A stretch of DNA of 64,000 nt from a virus. Positions 8,788-19,041 of this stretch are shown piece by piece. Location: positions 1 to 64,000 of the IMG/VR virus record IMGVR_UViG_3300019850_000189; one strand, 5' to 3'. Made by a program: the position numbers and the translations under genes. The notes beneath the pieces are model-generated. The model was given only the letters and a program-made list of their open reading frames with translations, was not told the DNA's origin and did not search any database. Within the stretch, counting starts at the first letter, position 1, and each line of letters starts with the position of its first letter.

Positions 8788-9675
8788 TTATTTTTCTTTA
8801 TTCACGCCTGCGAGTTCAAGCAATTCCTGCAGAGTTTCATTGTAGTCTGCCTTTTCCTCGTCCTCAACAAGAGGTTCAACGTTACCAGTTTTTGATTTTA
8901 ATCTAACTGACTCATCTTCTTCTTCTGGATCTAATTCTTCTTCGTCGGGCTCGTCTTCATCTTCATCTTCATCTTCATCTTCATCTTGTTCTAGATCTTC
9001 TTCAGCCATATCTGGCTCTTCATCACCCTTTTTCTTCTTTTTCTTCTTTTTCTTCTTTTTCCCCGTATCCGCTTCTTCATCAGGCTCTTCATCATAATTC
9101 GTATCTTCTTCATCATCCGACTTCTTCTCGTCCAGAGCTTCTTTAATAGCTGCATATTTCTCAACTACTTCTTCTTCTGTGCCCTCTCCAACGAGCGTTG
9201 CAACAACTCTCTTGATGTCTTCAGATAAACCTTCAGTAAGCTCCATGAGTTTCTTCTTGCCTTTTGTTAGCTCAAGTTCTTCTGATAATTCTTCGTTCAT
9301 CTCTGCCATTTTAGAAAATTCAGAAGCATACTTCTCACCTTCTGAGCCTTTAATAAGAGGATATATTATAGTTTTAATTTCATCAAGAACTCTCATTTCC
9401 GGAGAATCAAAACTTTCCGCGAGGACTTCAGTTTTGATTTGTTCATACATTTCTTTCAATGCTGTTACAAATCTCTTTGTATATACTCTCTTCATCTTCT
9501 CGCGAATATCTTGAACAACTGATTCATACTCTTCTTTGAGAGCGCTTTCCATTTCTTCATATTTAGAAGTTAGATCTTCCTCAACTTTATTTATGACGCT
9601 TTCTTTCCAAGACTCGAGCTGCTCTCTTAACTCTTCAGTCTCTTCAGGGGTAAGGTCAATATTCTCTAATGCCAT
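8788..9675 (-). CDS. Prohead core/scaffold protein (gp22-like)
   Basis: Acidic coiled coil with D/E- and K-rich tail, located between protease and capsid genes. Confidence 0.7.
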   Translation of the reverse strand: MALENIDLTPEETEELREQLESWKESVINKVEEDLTSKYEEMESALKEEYESVVQDIREKMKRVYTKRFVTALKEMYEQIKTEVLAESFDSPEMRVLDEIKTIIYPLIKGSEGEKYASEFSKMAEMNEELSEELELTKGKKKLMELTEGLSEDIKRVVATLVGEGTEEEVVEKYAAIKEALDEKKSDDEEDTNYDEEPDEEADTGKKKKKKKKKKKGDEEPDMAEEDLEQDEDEDEDEDEDEPDEEELDPEEEDESVRLKSKTGNVEPLVEDEEKADYNETLQELLELAGVNKEK

Positions 9676-9688
9676 GTATTATGCCTCC

Positions 9689-10612
9689 TTAGTCCTCTTT
9701 AGCGAACTTGGTAATAGTTTTTGTAAGAGTTTGCGGATTATAGCCTTTATATCCGATCTTCTCCATTATTTTGTAAAGAATATCATCTCCATATTCTTCT
9801 TGCACCTTTTTAAGTTTTCTTTCAATCAAGCCAATTTTAACAGTTTTATTTCCATTCTTGGCTTCTAAATGCCAATGATGACTAATGTGATTCAAAAACG
9901 TACCATATGAATCATAACCACTTTCCTTTAAATAGAAACGCGCACCATCAGCGACGCCTATATACTCTTTTTCCAGGTCTACAGCGACATTTTCTAACAT
10001 GTCATCAAGTACATCCTCCACCACTGTGCCAAGTGGAATTTTTGTTTCTTCGAGCTTTTCTTCTTTATGCTCATATACTGCTTCTGGATAGGCGTTTGGA
10101 GTAGATGGATCAGAAACAATATCAAAAGTAACCATTTTGTAATCCCCCGCGACCTCATCAACTCCGTTGTTCTTTTTCACGGTACCAAACCCTCTAGATG
10201 AGATCCCCAATTTAATACCACTTTTGAGTAGCTCCTGCAATACACGTCCTGATGGAGTTTCTAATACGGTAGCTTCGCCGTAAACTTCTCCAGTAGGTTG
10301 TATAGAAAGTTTTGTTACCAGATGTGAAACTTTATCCAAATGAATCCTTGCATCAGAAGGATGATCGAGTTCACCTAAAATTCTTTTTTCATTTATGCCT
10401 TCCTGTAATCTTTGTACTTCTCTTTCAAGAACGGATCTTGGATAAACTCTTCCATTACCATTTTTAACATCGGCCTGTTGAAAAATTCCCTTCAGCCTAT
10501 ATGCTTTAACGGTATTCTCTTCATCTTTATCCTCAACAAGCTCATACTTTAAATTCATTACATCTTGGATAATAGGCATTTCTTCAGTTATGATGTTTTT
10601 ATCTCTCGCCAT
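9689..10612 (-). CDS. gp21: Prohead protease (T4 gp21-like) with C-terminal extension
   Basis: GIFQQADVKNGNGRVYP, GELDHP, GISSRGFG, FDIVSDPSTPNA. Confidence 0.93.
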   Translation of the reverse strand: MARDKNIITEEMPIIQDVMNLKYELVEDKDEENTVKAYRLKGIFQQADVKNGNGRVYPRSVLEREVQRLQEGINEKRILGELDHPSDARIHLDKVSHLVTKLSIQPTGEVYGEATVLETPSGRVLQELLKSGIKLGISSRGFGTVKKNNGVDEVAGDYKMVTFDIVSDPSTPNAYPEAVYEHKEEKLEETKIPLGTVVEDVLDDMLENVAVDLEKEYIGVADGARFYLKESGYDSYGTFLNHISHHWHLEAKNGNKTVKIGLIERKLKKVQEEYGDDILYKIMEKIGYKGYNPQTLTKTITKFAKED

Positions 10613-10627
10613 TAATTATCCTCCACT

Positions 10628-11968
10628 TTATTCTTCTTCCTCTTCTTCCTCTTCTTCACCTTTTGTTGCACCAGCAAGAAAATCAATGATTTCCTTCAAT
10701 CTGGTATCTTCAATACCTTTTGCTTTTGCATTTTCAAGATCAGATATGATGTTAGAGAGGAAATCGGCTTCATCGGAATCTGAATCAAGCTGCTTTTTTA
10801 TGGTTTTCAATGTCGCCACAATTTCCTTGATGTTTTCGTCATCAACTTCATCGGCTGCTTTGTCTTTCTTTTCTTTGCTTTTTTTATCAGGCTCCGAAGG
10901 CTCAGCAACCGCGTCCGGCGACAGCTCGGCAGCTTTTTCTTCATCATCTTGTTCAAACATTACTTCAGCGATTTGTTCTGGGGTAGCACCTAGTGATTCA
11001 TAATAATCTTCTTTAATTGCTTTTATATCGTCATGAATAAGTAATTTATTCATGATTTCTACTAAAGTATTTGCGTTCTTTGAATTTGTCATAAGAGCTG
11101 TTCTCATCATAACTTCTTGATATCTGGAAGGTTCCAACAAAAACAATTCCTTGTTGTTTTCAAAAAACATTTCGGCCGCTTCGATAGCATCCTCTAATGC
11201 TTCTGCTTGCTGGAGATCAAAAGTGAAGTTAGAAAATTTCTGCCTAAAGGCATCGGTTTTCCATAATTTATATAGCTTCCCAGCCAAAGCTTTCATTTTA
11301 GCTTTAATTTCTTTATCTTCCAAACTTTTGATATCGGGCGAAATGTAATTATATACATTTGTATCTACTTTGTAGCCCTTTTTATTACTCCAATCAACTT
11401 TGTTAAGAGATTGGCTAACTGCATTTTCAGCCTCTAGCTGTAGCTTAGCGGAAAGTTTTCTAACAAAAGGCTTAGTCATGAGTTCATGAATTTGAGCATA
11501 ATTTCTATCGCGCAATTCTCTCAATTTATGTTTAGCCATGATTGATGGGTTATCATATATTTTTCTAAGCTTGTTATCCTTCGCTTCTGTAATTTCCCTT
11601 CTAGCATTATCATAAAACTTGAGTCTGAAACCTTCAACTAACTCTTCTGTCGGTACGATTGGATCATTCTCGATGTCAAAAAGATCACCAACTTTTTCAC
11701 CAAGAACAGTATCATCGTTTTCGGTTAAATCTATTAGCTCAAAACCGCTAACGCTGAGAATTCCATTAGAGTAATCGTATGAGCAGATGTATGGTTGATT
11801 TGTTTCTTCATCAAGAACAATAATTTTGTCATCGTATAATGCCATTAAGGCCGCGTTCTCAGATTCAGCAAATATTTCAGAAAATTTGTCATAGAGCTTC
11901 TCACTACTCTTATCTGCAACCTTTCTGAATTGATTATATGTCAACTGCATAGAATCATTCCTCCTCAT
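10628..11968 (-). CDS. Hypothetical acidic head-assembly protein (true start probably 11950)
   Basis: 446-aa ORF between portal and protease; many L/I-x-E sites; GGAGG RBS before MQLTY. Confidence 0.7.
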   Translation of the reverse strand: MRRNDSMQLTYNQFRKVADKSSEKLYDKFSEIFAESENAALMALYDDKIIVLDEETNQPYICSYDYSNGILSVSGFELIDLTENDDTVLGEKVGDLFDIENDPIVPTEELVEGFRLKFYDNARREITEAKDNKLRKIYDNPSIMAKHKLRELRDRNYAQIHELMTKPFVRKLSAKLQLEAENAVSQSLNKVDWSNKKGYKVDTNVYNYISPDIKSLEDKEIKAKMKALAGKLYKLWKTDAFRQKFSNFTFDLQQAEALEDAIEAAEMFFENNKELFLLEPSRYQEVMMRTALMTNSKNANTLVEIMNKLLIHDDIKAIKEDYYESLGATPEQIAEVMFEQDDEEKAAELSPDAVAEPSEPDKKSKEKKDKAADEVDDENIKEIVATLKTIKKQLDSDSDEADFLSNIISDLENAKAKGIEDTRLKEIIDFLAGATKGEEEEEEEEE

Positions 11969-14538
11969 TTCTTTTTATTATTAATTCCTCTAAATTCTCC
12001 ATGGAGGAACTGGTTTTGATATGTGTTGCTGCGCATCGTATTTGATATGCCTTCAGAAACATCATACTTAAGATTATCTTTGTCCTTATTTGACTTTTGC
12101 TTAACATATTTTATCATTTTCAATATATCATATTTATTCTCGAGCAAGAACTCCTTATCGCCAATTGTTATTGTTTTCCCTGCCACTTCTGGGCCGGCCG
12201 GAGCTTCGGGAGCTTCGGGAGCTGCTGGAGCTGCTGGAGCCGCTTCCGGACCAGCTTCAGCACCAGCTTCTGGTCCGGCTGGCACCTCACCAATTCCACC
12301 AGCCGTACCCGGCACTGCTCCTAATTCTCCGGCACCAGCTCCTCCACCGGCTGGAAGTGCAGCGCCAAATCCCTGAGCTCCACCACCAGCAGTCTGTTGC
12401 TGTAATGGAGATGCCAGTTCTAATTGCATATCTGTTTCCAGATCAGTAATTTGCTTATCTGAAAACTTCATAATATTCTTATATATCCATTTTTTAGGCA
12501 GAAAATTTTCTATTGACAGAATAGTACTTACCAAATTAATTTTTTGTGTTACAACCTCTAATTCAAGCAACTCAGCTATATTGGATGGAGGCGTTAATTC
12601 AATCTGGAAATTTCTGACATCCTGTCCCCTAAATCCTTGTAGTGTCAAAGACACTATAGCTATTTTTTCGAGGCCTTTCATTATGTGCCTCTGAATACGC
12701 TCAACAGACCTTGAAAATTTAATATCCATCTGACTCAAGGCATTTCGCGTATCCATTCCACCGCCTTCCTGCATATACTGAGGCGGTATGTGCATCGTCT
12801 TTAATAATTTATCTCTAAAGTATTTTGTATCATCAATTTCATTAAGTTGGCGGCCACCTTGAAGCACATCTATTCGGGTCCCCTGTCCTGCGGTTGCTCC
12901 TGATCTTACCGGAATCCAAAAGTCTTCCAATATAGATAAAGGAGTCGCTTTTTCGTTAATCTTACCGGAGTTCTTAACAAATGTTCCTTCATAGGAACCA
13001 ATGGCAAAATTATGATAATTCGCAATAGAGAGAGTTCCAGTATCTAATGTGTAATTTAGTTTTTCAACTTTTACAACTTTGTGATTAATTACGCGCTTAT
13101 ATTCTGGGTCTGCCCACATGGCAATTGCTCTTTCCGACATCATGTCGGCGTGTAATTGAAAATGTTCATTGCCAGACATTACTTGTATATTAGTGGGATT
13201 ATTATTTTTCTTATTAAGATCGCGATGATGCCTGACAGATATTGCCCCTTCTTCTTTCATATTATTAAAATCTTCTTGGAACATAAAGTCACTGATAGTA
13301 TGTGTAAAAACATACTGATTAATTGATGGGTCTACTACTAAATCATATCCTTTTATTTTATACTTGTCATCTGACTCTTTTCGATACAGGGGCATAAGGC
13401 TGTCCCCTTTGTTCAACTGTTCCGCAGGGACATAGGTTCCATCTCGCATGAGAAACTTATGGTCTGGAGTTACAGTAAACGATTGCCCATCATCTATAGT
13501 TACTTTTACTACAGGTGTAGATTTTCGTGTAATGCCTGCCCACTTAACATGCCCTGGAACAATCTTGTTGTTATTATCTCTATCTACAGAATATGTCCAT
13601 AGATCTTTGCCATTATCGAATTCATTAATAATATCTTGAAGTGGCAGAATTCTACCATCTAAAAGAGGAATTTCTGTGTCAAGAGCTAAACACGCTGGAT
13701 CGATATATTTCTTTTTTCTGAACTTTGCTTTAATTCGCTCTATGAATTTTTCCGCTTCGGGTGTGGAGAGTGTGCCGACATCAATATAAAATACCCTTTT
13801 CTCTGGTGCGCGCTCAAGTCTATATACGAGCATCGCATCTTCCATCAATGACAATTGTTTCCAAGTCCTGCGACCTGATTCTAAAACGGACCTTCCATAA
13901 GGAGCAAATATATTATCATCAATCCTAAAGTGTACAACTTCCCATGGCTGCAACTTTATTTTATTCGACTTTTCTGGATGCGCATAAATGGTTCTTTGAG
14001 ACCCCTCTTTAGCAACATTCTTAGCTACCGCAAAATTAAGTAAATTGCCATCAACCTCCATTCGTTCGACATTCATAGGAGGTAAATACTTAAGCGATAC
14101 TATTTCTTTCTTTTTATCATCGACAATTATTTCATAGAAATTATCGCCATACTGACATGTGCCATAAAATATGCGCCATAAATCTGCATTCATGTCTAAA
14201 TTATCAAAGAACGTGTGATTCAGATTTTTAATGATATCATCATTACTGGAACTTATGTCCAATACTTGTTCATTATTATTAAGCTGACTACCATCATCAG
14301 CATACGTAACCAATCCTAAATCTAGTTCCGGAACAAGAACCATATTTTCATAATCTTTATATCGTTCTCTACGCTCATTGGATACGGTTATATAAGTTGT
14401 CATCCAATGGTATGTATCCGAATCTATAAAATCGCGATCCTTCAGTGTTTGGATAGCTCTACTGGAATCAAGATCCTTTGCTGTTATTTTAAGCTTATTG
14501 AAAAAATCTTGATATTCTCGACTACGTTTGCTGGCCAT
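11965..14538 (-). CDS. gp20: Portal protein (T4 gp20-like) containing an intein
   Basis: LSLMEDAMLVYRLERAPEKRVFYIDVG, EDFWIPVR...GTRIDVLQGG, YFRDKL; Ala/Gly/Pro-rich tail. Confidence 0.93.
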   Translation of the reverse strand: MASKRSREYQDFFNKLKITAKDLDSSRAIQTLKDRDFIDSDTYHWMTTYITVSNERRERYKDYENMVLVPELDLGLVTYADDGSQLNNNEQVLDISSSNDDIIKNLNHTFFDNLDMNADLWRIFYGTCQYGDNFYEIIVDDKKKEIVSLKYLPPMNVERMEVDGNLLNFAVAKNVAKEGSQRTIYAHPEKSNKIKLQPWEVVHFRIDDNIFAPYGRSVLESGRRTWKQLSLMEDAMLVYRLERAPEKRVFYIDVGTLSTPEAEKFIERIKAKFRKKKYIDPACLALDTEIPLLDGRILPLQDIINEFDNGKDLWTYSVDRDNNNKIVPGHVKWAGITRKSTPVVKVTIDDGQSFTVTPDHKFLMRDGTYVPAEQLNKGDSLMPLYRKESDDKYKIKGYDLVVDPSINQYVFTHTISDFMFQEDFNNMKEEGAISVRHHRDLNKKNNNPTNIQVMSGNEHFQLHADMMSERAIAMWADPEYKRVINHKVVKVEKLNYTLDTGTLSIANYHNFAIGSYEGTFVKNSGKINEKATPLSILEDFWIPVRSGATAGQGTRIDVLQGGRQLNEIDDTKYFRDKLLKTMHIPPQYMQEGGGMDTRNALSQMDIKFSRSVERIQRHIMKGLEKIAIVSLTLQGFRGQDVRNFQIELTPPSNIAELLELEVVTQKINLVSTILSIENFLPKKWIYKNIMKFSDKQITDLETDMQLELASPLQQQTAGGGAQGFGAALPAGGGAGAGELGAVPGTAGGIGEVPAGPEAGAEAGPEAAPAAPAAPEAPEAPAGPEVAGKTITIGDKEFLLENKYDILKMIKYVKQKSNKDKDNLKYDVSEGISNTMRSNTYQNQFLHGEFRGINNKKK
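12970..13692 (-). mobile_element. Intein in portal (241 aa) with an HNH-like insert
   Basis: DPA|CLALDTEIPLLDG ... TPDHKF ... HHRDLNKKNNNPTNIQV ... NFAIGSYEGTFVKN|SGKI. Confidence 0.88.
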
Positions 14539-14556
14539 TATATTTTATTTCCATTA

Positions 14557-14564
14557 TTATCTTT
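14557..14564 (-). promoter_or_regulatory. AAAGATAA motif (candidate phage late promoter) upstream of portal
   Basis: The same 8-mer precedes about 11 gene starts in the window. Confidence 0.55.
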
Positions 14565-14607
14565 ATATTTTCTATATTTATAAATGTAGTTACTGATGGC
14601 GACATAG

Positions 14608-15009
14608 TTATTCAATTTCACCAAAGCTGTCCCTACTTATGACAACAGGTACAATGACATTTATTTCTGAAAAAGCCTTCTCAATGTTATCTAATAAGTC
14701 GACATCGATTCCGACTTTCTCAAAATATACATTCCATCGATCTGCAGCAAATTGGCGGGTTTTCGGACCAATTAATTGCTTAAGTGGAATGTGTAATACA
14801 AAAGTATCATCTTTTGTTTCTACAGATAAACTCTTAAAATTGATATCAGCGGCATCGCAGGCTTTTTTGAGCCTTTTTTTAAACTCTTTTTCTTGTGCAT
14901 CTTCAGCTTCTAATATTTTATCAATGTCGGTTTTATTAGCAATTCCACGCTCTTTCATCATTTCCTTAATAGTTTTCATCATATCCCCGGCGTCTATATA
15001 AATTTTCAT
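14608..15009 (-). CDS. Hypothetical protein
   Basis: 133-aa ORF, translationally coupled. Confidence 0.7.
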   Translation of the reverse strand: MKIYIDAGDMMKTIKEMMKERGIANKTDIDKILEAEDAQEKEFKKRLKKACDAADINFKSLSVETKDDTFVLHIPLKQLIGPKTRQFAADRWNVYFEKVGIDVDLLDNIEKAFSEINVIVPVVISRDSFGEIE

Positions 15010-15299
15010 TTAGCGGCTTGCTTCCACATCGCCGCCGCAGCAACTCTTTTACCAGCCTCTTTCGAGCCGTAAAACTTGCCCGCTTTTGCCGCTACTTCTT
15101 TGAAGCGCTTACCTGGTTTGCCAATATCTTCGCCCTTTCTGGCTCTCTTGACAAGTTCAGTTCTTTTCTTCTTTGATACTTTTTTGAGCCCGGGGTGCTT
15201 GCTTGGCACCTGTTCGCTTATTTCATCACTTGTAATCGGCTCATCCATAATACTATCAATTTCTCTTTTCATCTCTGTGAAGAAAACAGACCATTTCAT
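15006..15299 (-). CDS. Hypothetical basic protein
   Basis: 97-aa K/A-rich ORF with GGAG RBS. Confidence 0.7.
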   Translation of the reverse strand: MKWSVFFTEMKREIDSIMDEPITSDEISEQVPSKHPGLKKVSKKKRTELVKRARKGEDIGKPGKRFKEVAAKAGKFYGSKEAGKRVAAAAMWKQAAK

Positions 15300-15314
15300 T
15301 ATCTTCCTCCAACA

Positions 15315-15626
15315 CTATTTAGTAATATTTAATCTTACGCGTCTTTTATCTCCGCCGCCTGGCAGAGATACTAAAGCATGGGTGGGCTTCCCAGTTTCAT
15401 CATAAATAATCTTCAATACTTTATAGCTTAACGCGCCCCCGTCTCCGTGTCTTACTCTAATATCTTCGCCTGGTTTAGGAACAGTAGGAACATTGATACT
15501 ACGACCATTGATCTTCCTAACATTGCTACCCAGACGCTTATTAGCTATCGCGCTAACAGAATCAGGTTTTCTGCTAAGTATTTTATCTGATGGTAAAGCC
15601 CCGTTTAAAAATTCTTTGAGATTCAT
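15315..15626 (-). CDS. Hypothetical protein
   Basis: 103-aa ORF starting MNLKEFL. Confidence 0.7.
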   Translation of the reverse strand: MNLKEFLNGALPSDKILSRKPDSVSAIANKRLGSNVRKINGRSINVPTVPKPGEDIRVRHGDGGALSYKVLKIIYDETGKPTHALVSLPGGGDKRRVRLNITK

Positions 15627-16027
15627 TATTCTGCCTCTTGCTCTGCTCCAGCTTTGCCCTCCTTGCCGACCTTCTCGGAACCAGAAGGTGTTTCTTCTTC
15701 TGGTGAGCTCTTCTTCTGTTTCTTTTTCGGCGAGGCGACAAAATGAGCTGGATAAACAGCATGATTAAGTTTTTGAAGAATACTGTCGAGGAAATTATAT
15801 ATATCTTCTCTTCCTGAAATCATGGAAGGTAAATCTACATAAAATATATTTCCGGCATAAGAAAATCTAATTCTTTTGTTACTCATCAAACTATATTTAA
15901 CTTTTCTGGTTAAACCTTCTTCTTTTTCAGCTTCTGAAATAAATTCAATTTCTCCCGGATCTGTTATGTCTTCTATCTTCTTAAATAAGTCTAAAGATTC
16001 TTTGAAGACTTGTTCTGTATTGCCCAT
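15626..16027 (-). CDS. Hypothetical protein
   Basis: 133-aa ORF with AAGGAG RBS. Confidence 0.7.
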   Translation of the reverse strand: MGNTEQVFKESLDLFKKIEDITDPGEIEFISEAEKEEGLTRKVKYSLMSNKRIRFSYAGNIFYVDLPSMISGREDIYNFLDSILQKLNHAVYPAHFVASPKKKQKKSSPEEETPSGSEKVGKEGKAGAEQEAE

Positions 16028-16072
16028 GAATTTACGCTCCTTGTGAATTTTCTCATAATTATCTTTGTCGGT

Positions 16073-17710
16073 TTATTTACTAAGCCATTCAATAATGGCT
16101 TTTTCCGACATATATCCTTCTTCTGTATATTCGCCACCTAATTCTTCATTATCATATTGGTGTATATCTGGGCGGTCATTCTCATCTTTATAAAATTGCT
16201 TTAGAGCTTTGTCATTATATTTAAACGCTACATTATCGCGATTGCTTGTTAATCCCATTGGCGCAAAAGAACTTAGCATTGGCCGTATGAATGTTAAAAT
16301 AGCTAAAGACATAACAAGATCGTCATTATAGCCCTTGAGGGCTTCTGGCTTATTGCCATGCCATATGAAAGTTTCTAATTCCGCCAGAAGCCTTGGCGAT
16401 ACTAATTTATATTTATCTTGTTCAATACTGTTTATTAAACTATCTATAATTTGTGGCCGCGTCTTTACTGTTGTTATCCAGCCAGTTTTGCCCTTTTGTG
16501 TTGTATATACATTTGTATAAGGATCCTTTTCATCCTTGAAAACCCGCTCAAAAACAGCCAAACCATAACTATTTGATTCAATAATAACATAGGCATCATT
16601 ATAGTAACGAGCGACCGCTTTTATTACATTAGCGTATTGAAGACTCGAGACTGATTTATTTTTGTACTCGCAAACCTGTTTATTATCGCTCAATCTTACT
16701 ACATGAAACGCAGAAGCATCCTGTTCATTTCCAGTGCCGACATCAGCGGCCAGTATATATCTTTCTGAAGGCTGGGATGGGTCCCATATCCATAGGCCAG
16801 GGATTGAACTGTATTCATCCTTTAACAGCGCTTTCGCGAATTCGCTATTACCAGGAAATCTATACTTAACAACAGGATCTCGAACTTTTTTCTTCAAATA
16901 TCCGAGTGTTTTGCCAGAAATAACCGTATCGCCAGAACCAAGAAACTCGCACAAAACTTCAGATCTAAATTTTCTGTCTCCGAGTTGTCTTTCCTGTTTT
17001 AGAAGCCATTTGTCATCACGACCTGGAAATTCTCTCCAATTTATATCAATAAAGTGAAAATCATTCAGTTCCTCTTTTGCTTCCTCATACACTTTGTGAT
17101 ATAAATTGCCTATTCCATTTGTGGTAGATATAAGTATAGCATTGCCACCTGTTGATAGAGTTGGCCATGCTGCTGCCCATATATCATCGGCATATTCTTG
17201 AAATGCCACCTCGTCAAGTATCAATAATGATAGAGACTTGGATCGACCAGCCGTCCTAGTTTGTGGAACTGAGAAAAAACTTGATCCATTAATCAAGTTA
17301 AGGCCGTGCTTTGAACGATCCTGAGAATCTATTCTCAAGAATTCAGGTAATCTATCATATGAATATCTGGCTTTATCTTTGAATTCCATAGCTTCAGTGT
17401 CTCTAATGGAAATAATAAGAACTGTTTTATCATTATTGAAATTTATAAGCCATAAACCATAACAAGCTGTTAGCCATGAAAGGCCCATCTGCCTGGGTTT
17501 CTTAACTATATTAAACTGGTACTTCATGAAATCCTCGAGGGCCCTGCGCTGATAATCAAAAAGCTTAAATGGCAATTCTCCTTTTATAGGATCGATAATA
17601 TAACAATAATTATCAATGAAATATATAGGATCTTTTTTGCAGCGCTTGAACTCCTCTATCATATTTACGGCAATTATACGGCCGTCATTCAGTTTTACCT
17701 GATGTTTCAT
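16073..17710 (-). CDS. terL: Terminase large subunit (T4 gp17-like)
   Basis: DPIYFI, KPRQMGLS Walker A, LLILDEVAF Walker B, STTNG, LAADVG, ESNSYG, DDLVMSLA. Confidence 0.95.
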   Translation of the reverse strand: MKHQVKLNDGRIIAVNMIEEFKRCKKDPIYFIDNYCYIIDPIKGELPFKLFDYQRRALEDFMKYQFNIVKKPRQMGLSWLTACYGLWLINFNNDKTVLIISIRDTEAMEFKDKARYSYDRLPEFLRIDSQDRSKHGLNLINGSSFFSVPQTRTAGRSKSLSLLILDEVAFQEYADDIWAAAWPTLSTGGNAILISTTNGIGNLYHKVYEEAKEELNDFHFIDINWREFPGRDDKWLLKQERQLGDRKFRSEVLCEFLGSGDTVISGKTLGYLKKKVRDPVVKYRFPGNSEFAKALLKDEYSSIPGLWIWDPSQPSERYILAADVGTGNEQDASAFHVVRLSDNKQVCEYKNKSVSSLQYANVIKAVARYYNDAYVIIESNSYGLAVFERVFKDEKDPYTNVYTTQKGKTGWITTVKTRPQIIDSLINSIEQDKYKLVSPRLLAELETFIWHGNKPEALKGYNDDLVMSLAILTFIRPMLSSFAPMGLTSNRDNVAFKYNDKALKQFYKDENDRPDIHQYDNEELGGEYTEEGYMSEKAIIEWLSK

Positions 17711-17718
17711 TTCACATC

Positions 17719-19032
17719 CTAGAAAAAATCTATGTTCTTATAAGTAAAAGTTACATTTACATTTATATGTAATACCTTTAGCAAAAGATCGTATCCTTTT
17801 TGCGCTATTAACTTCAAATAATTAAACATCCTTTCAATAGGTTCTTTGAGGCCCTCCTCTATGGATAAATCAAGATACACATCGTGGTCCTTCGCGAATT
17901 CAATCAGATAGGCTTCTGTTATTATATCATGAGGCCCCATATCATTTGCGCTCAGTAAATTTTTCTGAGTTGCGCGCAGTGCAGAATACTTTGATGATCC
18001 GGATGTTTTAAAATTTACGTAAATAAAAACCTGGTCTTTGATCTTATCAACATATTCATCTGTAATAGAATGATAAGAAATCTTATCGCCGTCGAAAGAG
18101 GCCGCAAGCATAAAGTTAGCAATGGGGTCTATCGCTACATCCTCAAATTTTCCCTCGCCTGTCATGATTTCGCGAACAAATGCCTTTTTGAAAGCATCAT
18201 TGCTATTCATTACATTGCGCAAGGCAGATTGTACTATTTTATGTTCAAATTGATAATGTTCAAGCTCTTCTTTAGTTTTAGGAGCTTGAGCAGATAACCT
18301 TTTATGATCCAGAATGGTTCCTATATCTTTTGCGAGCTGTACGCTCGCCCCAGATCTTCTCAACGCATAATATAGCAGAGCCTCGCCTTCAGATTCCACA
18401 ATTTTTGACGAACATAATTGAGCTGCTTTCCCCATTTTTACGGATATCCTGTTGTTTTCACCTATCAATATATCCGTTTTGGGAGTAGAGTCTACTCTGC
18501 CTTTTACATAATCCTTCCAAAATTTACTAACGGTCGCGACTCGCAGAGAACCCGTTGACTTTGCTTTAGCTTTACCTTTTATTCTATTGCTAAGTAGCTT
18601 GGCGATTCTAATTCCAGCTTTTTTGGTTTCAGGGACAACCTTAATGTTATCCTCAAAACCATGTAAGCTATTCCAGGCCGATGCAATTGCATTTTCATAT
18701 GAAGCTGCTGTTATCGCTTTTTCGCCGGCGATAAGAGATACGGTAATCTTCCAACCTCCGAAATAAACTATTGGCCGGCGACCTTGATACATTTCAAATT
18801 TTGGCTTAAATCCAATTCGCTCAGCATGCTGCATAAGTGCTTCTGAAGCTGCCCGTCTTGAAGGATAGAAAGCTTTCTGTGGATATATTTTAATATTTGA
18901 TTTACGATCAGACAATTCATCTTCTTTATATATCTTAAAATGGAGTTCTTTCAACATGCCAACAATAACAGACAGTTTTAATTTTGGCTCATCTGCTTCA
19001 TCTATTGTTTCAAGAAATTTTACCACTTTCAT
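17719..19032 (-). CDS. Hypothetical protein, possible PD-(D/E)XK nuclease
   Basis: TPKTDIL...ISVKMG resembles a restriction-endonuclease-fold D...xK motif. Confidence 0.5.
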   Translation of the reverse strand: MKVVKFLETIDEADEPKLKLSVIVGMLKELHFKIYKEDELSDRKSNIKIYPQKAFYPSRRAASEALMQHAERIGFKPKFEMYQGRRPIVYFGGWKITVSLIAGEKAITAASYENAIASAWNSLHGFEDNIKVVPETKKAGIRIAKLLSNRIKGKAKAKSTGSLRVATVSKFWKDYVKGRVDSTPKTDILIGENNRISVKMGKAAQLCSSKIVESEGEALLYYALRRSGASVQLAKDIGTILDHKRLSAQAPKTKEELEHYQFEHKIVQSALRNVMNSNDAFKKAFVREIMTGEGKFEDVAIDPIANFMLAASFDGDKISYHSITDEYVDKIKDQVFIYVNFKTSGSSKYSALRATQKNLLSANDMGPHDIITEAYLIEFAKDHDVYLDLSIEEGLKEPIERMFNYLKLIAQKGYDLLLKVLHINVNVTFTYKNIDFF

Positions 19033-19041
19033 TTTTTCACC

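Noticed and set aside
8940-9120. TCTTCA and TTC runs as microsatellite or regulatory repeats
   Set aside because: They encode the Asp/Glu and Lys tracts of the scaffold protein
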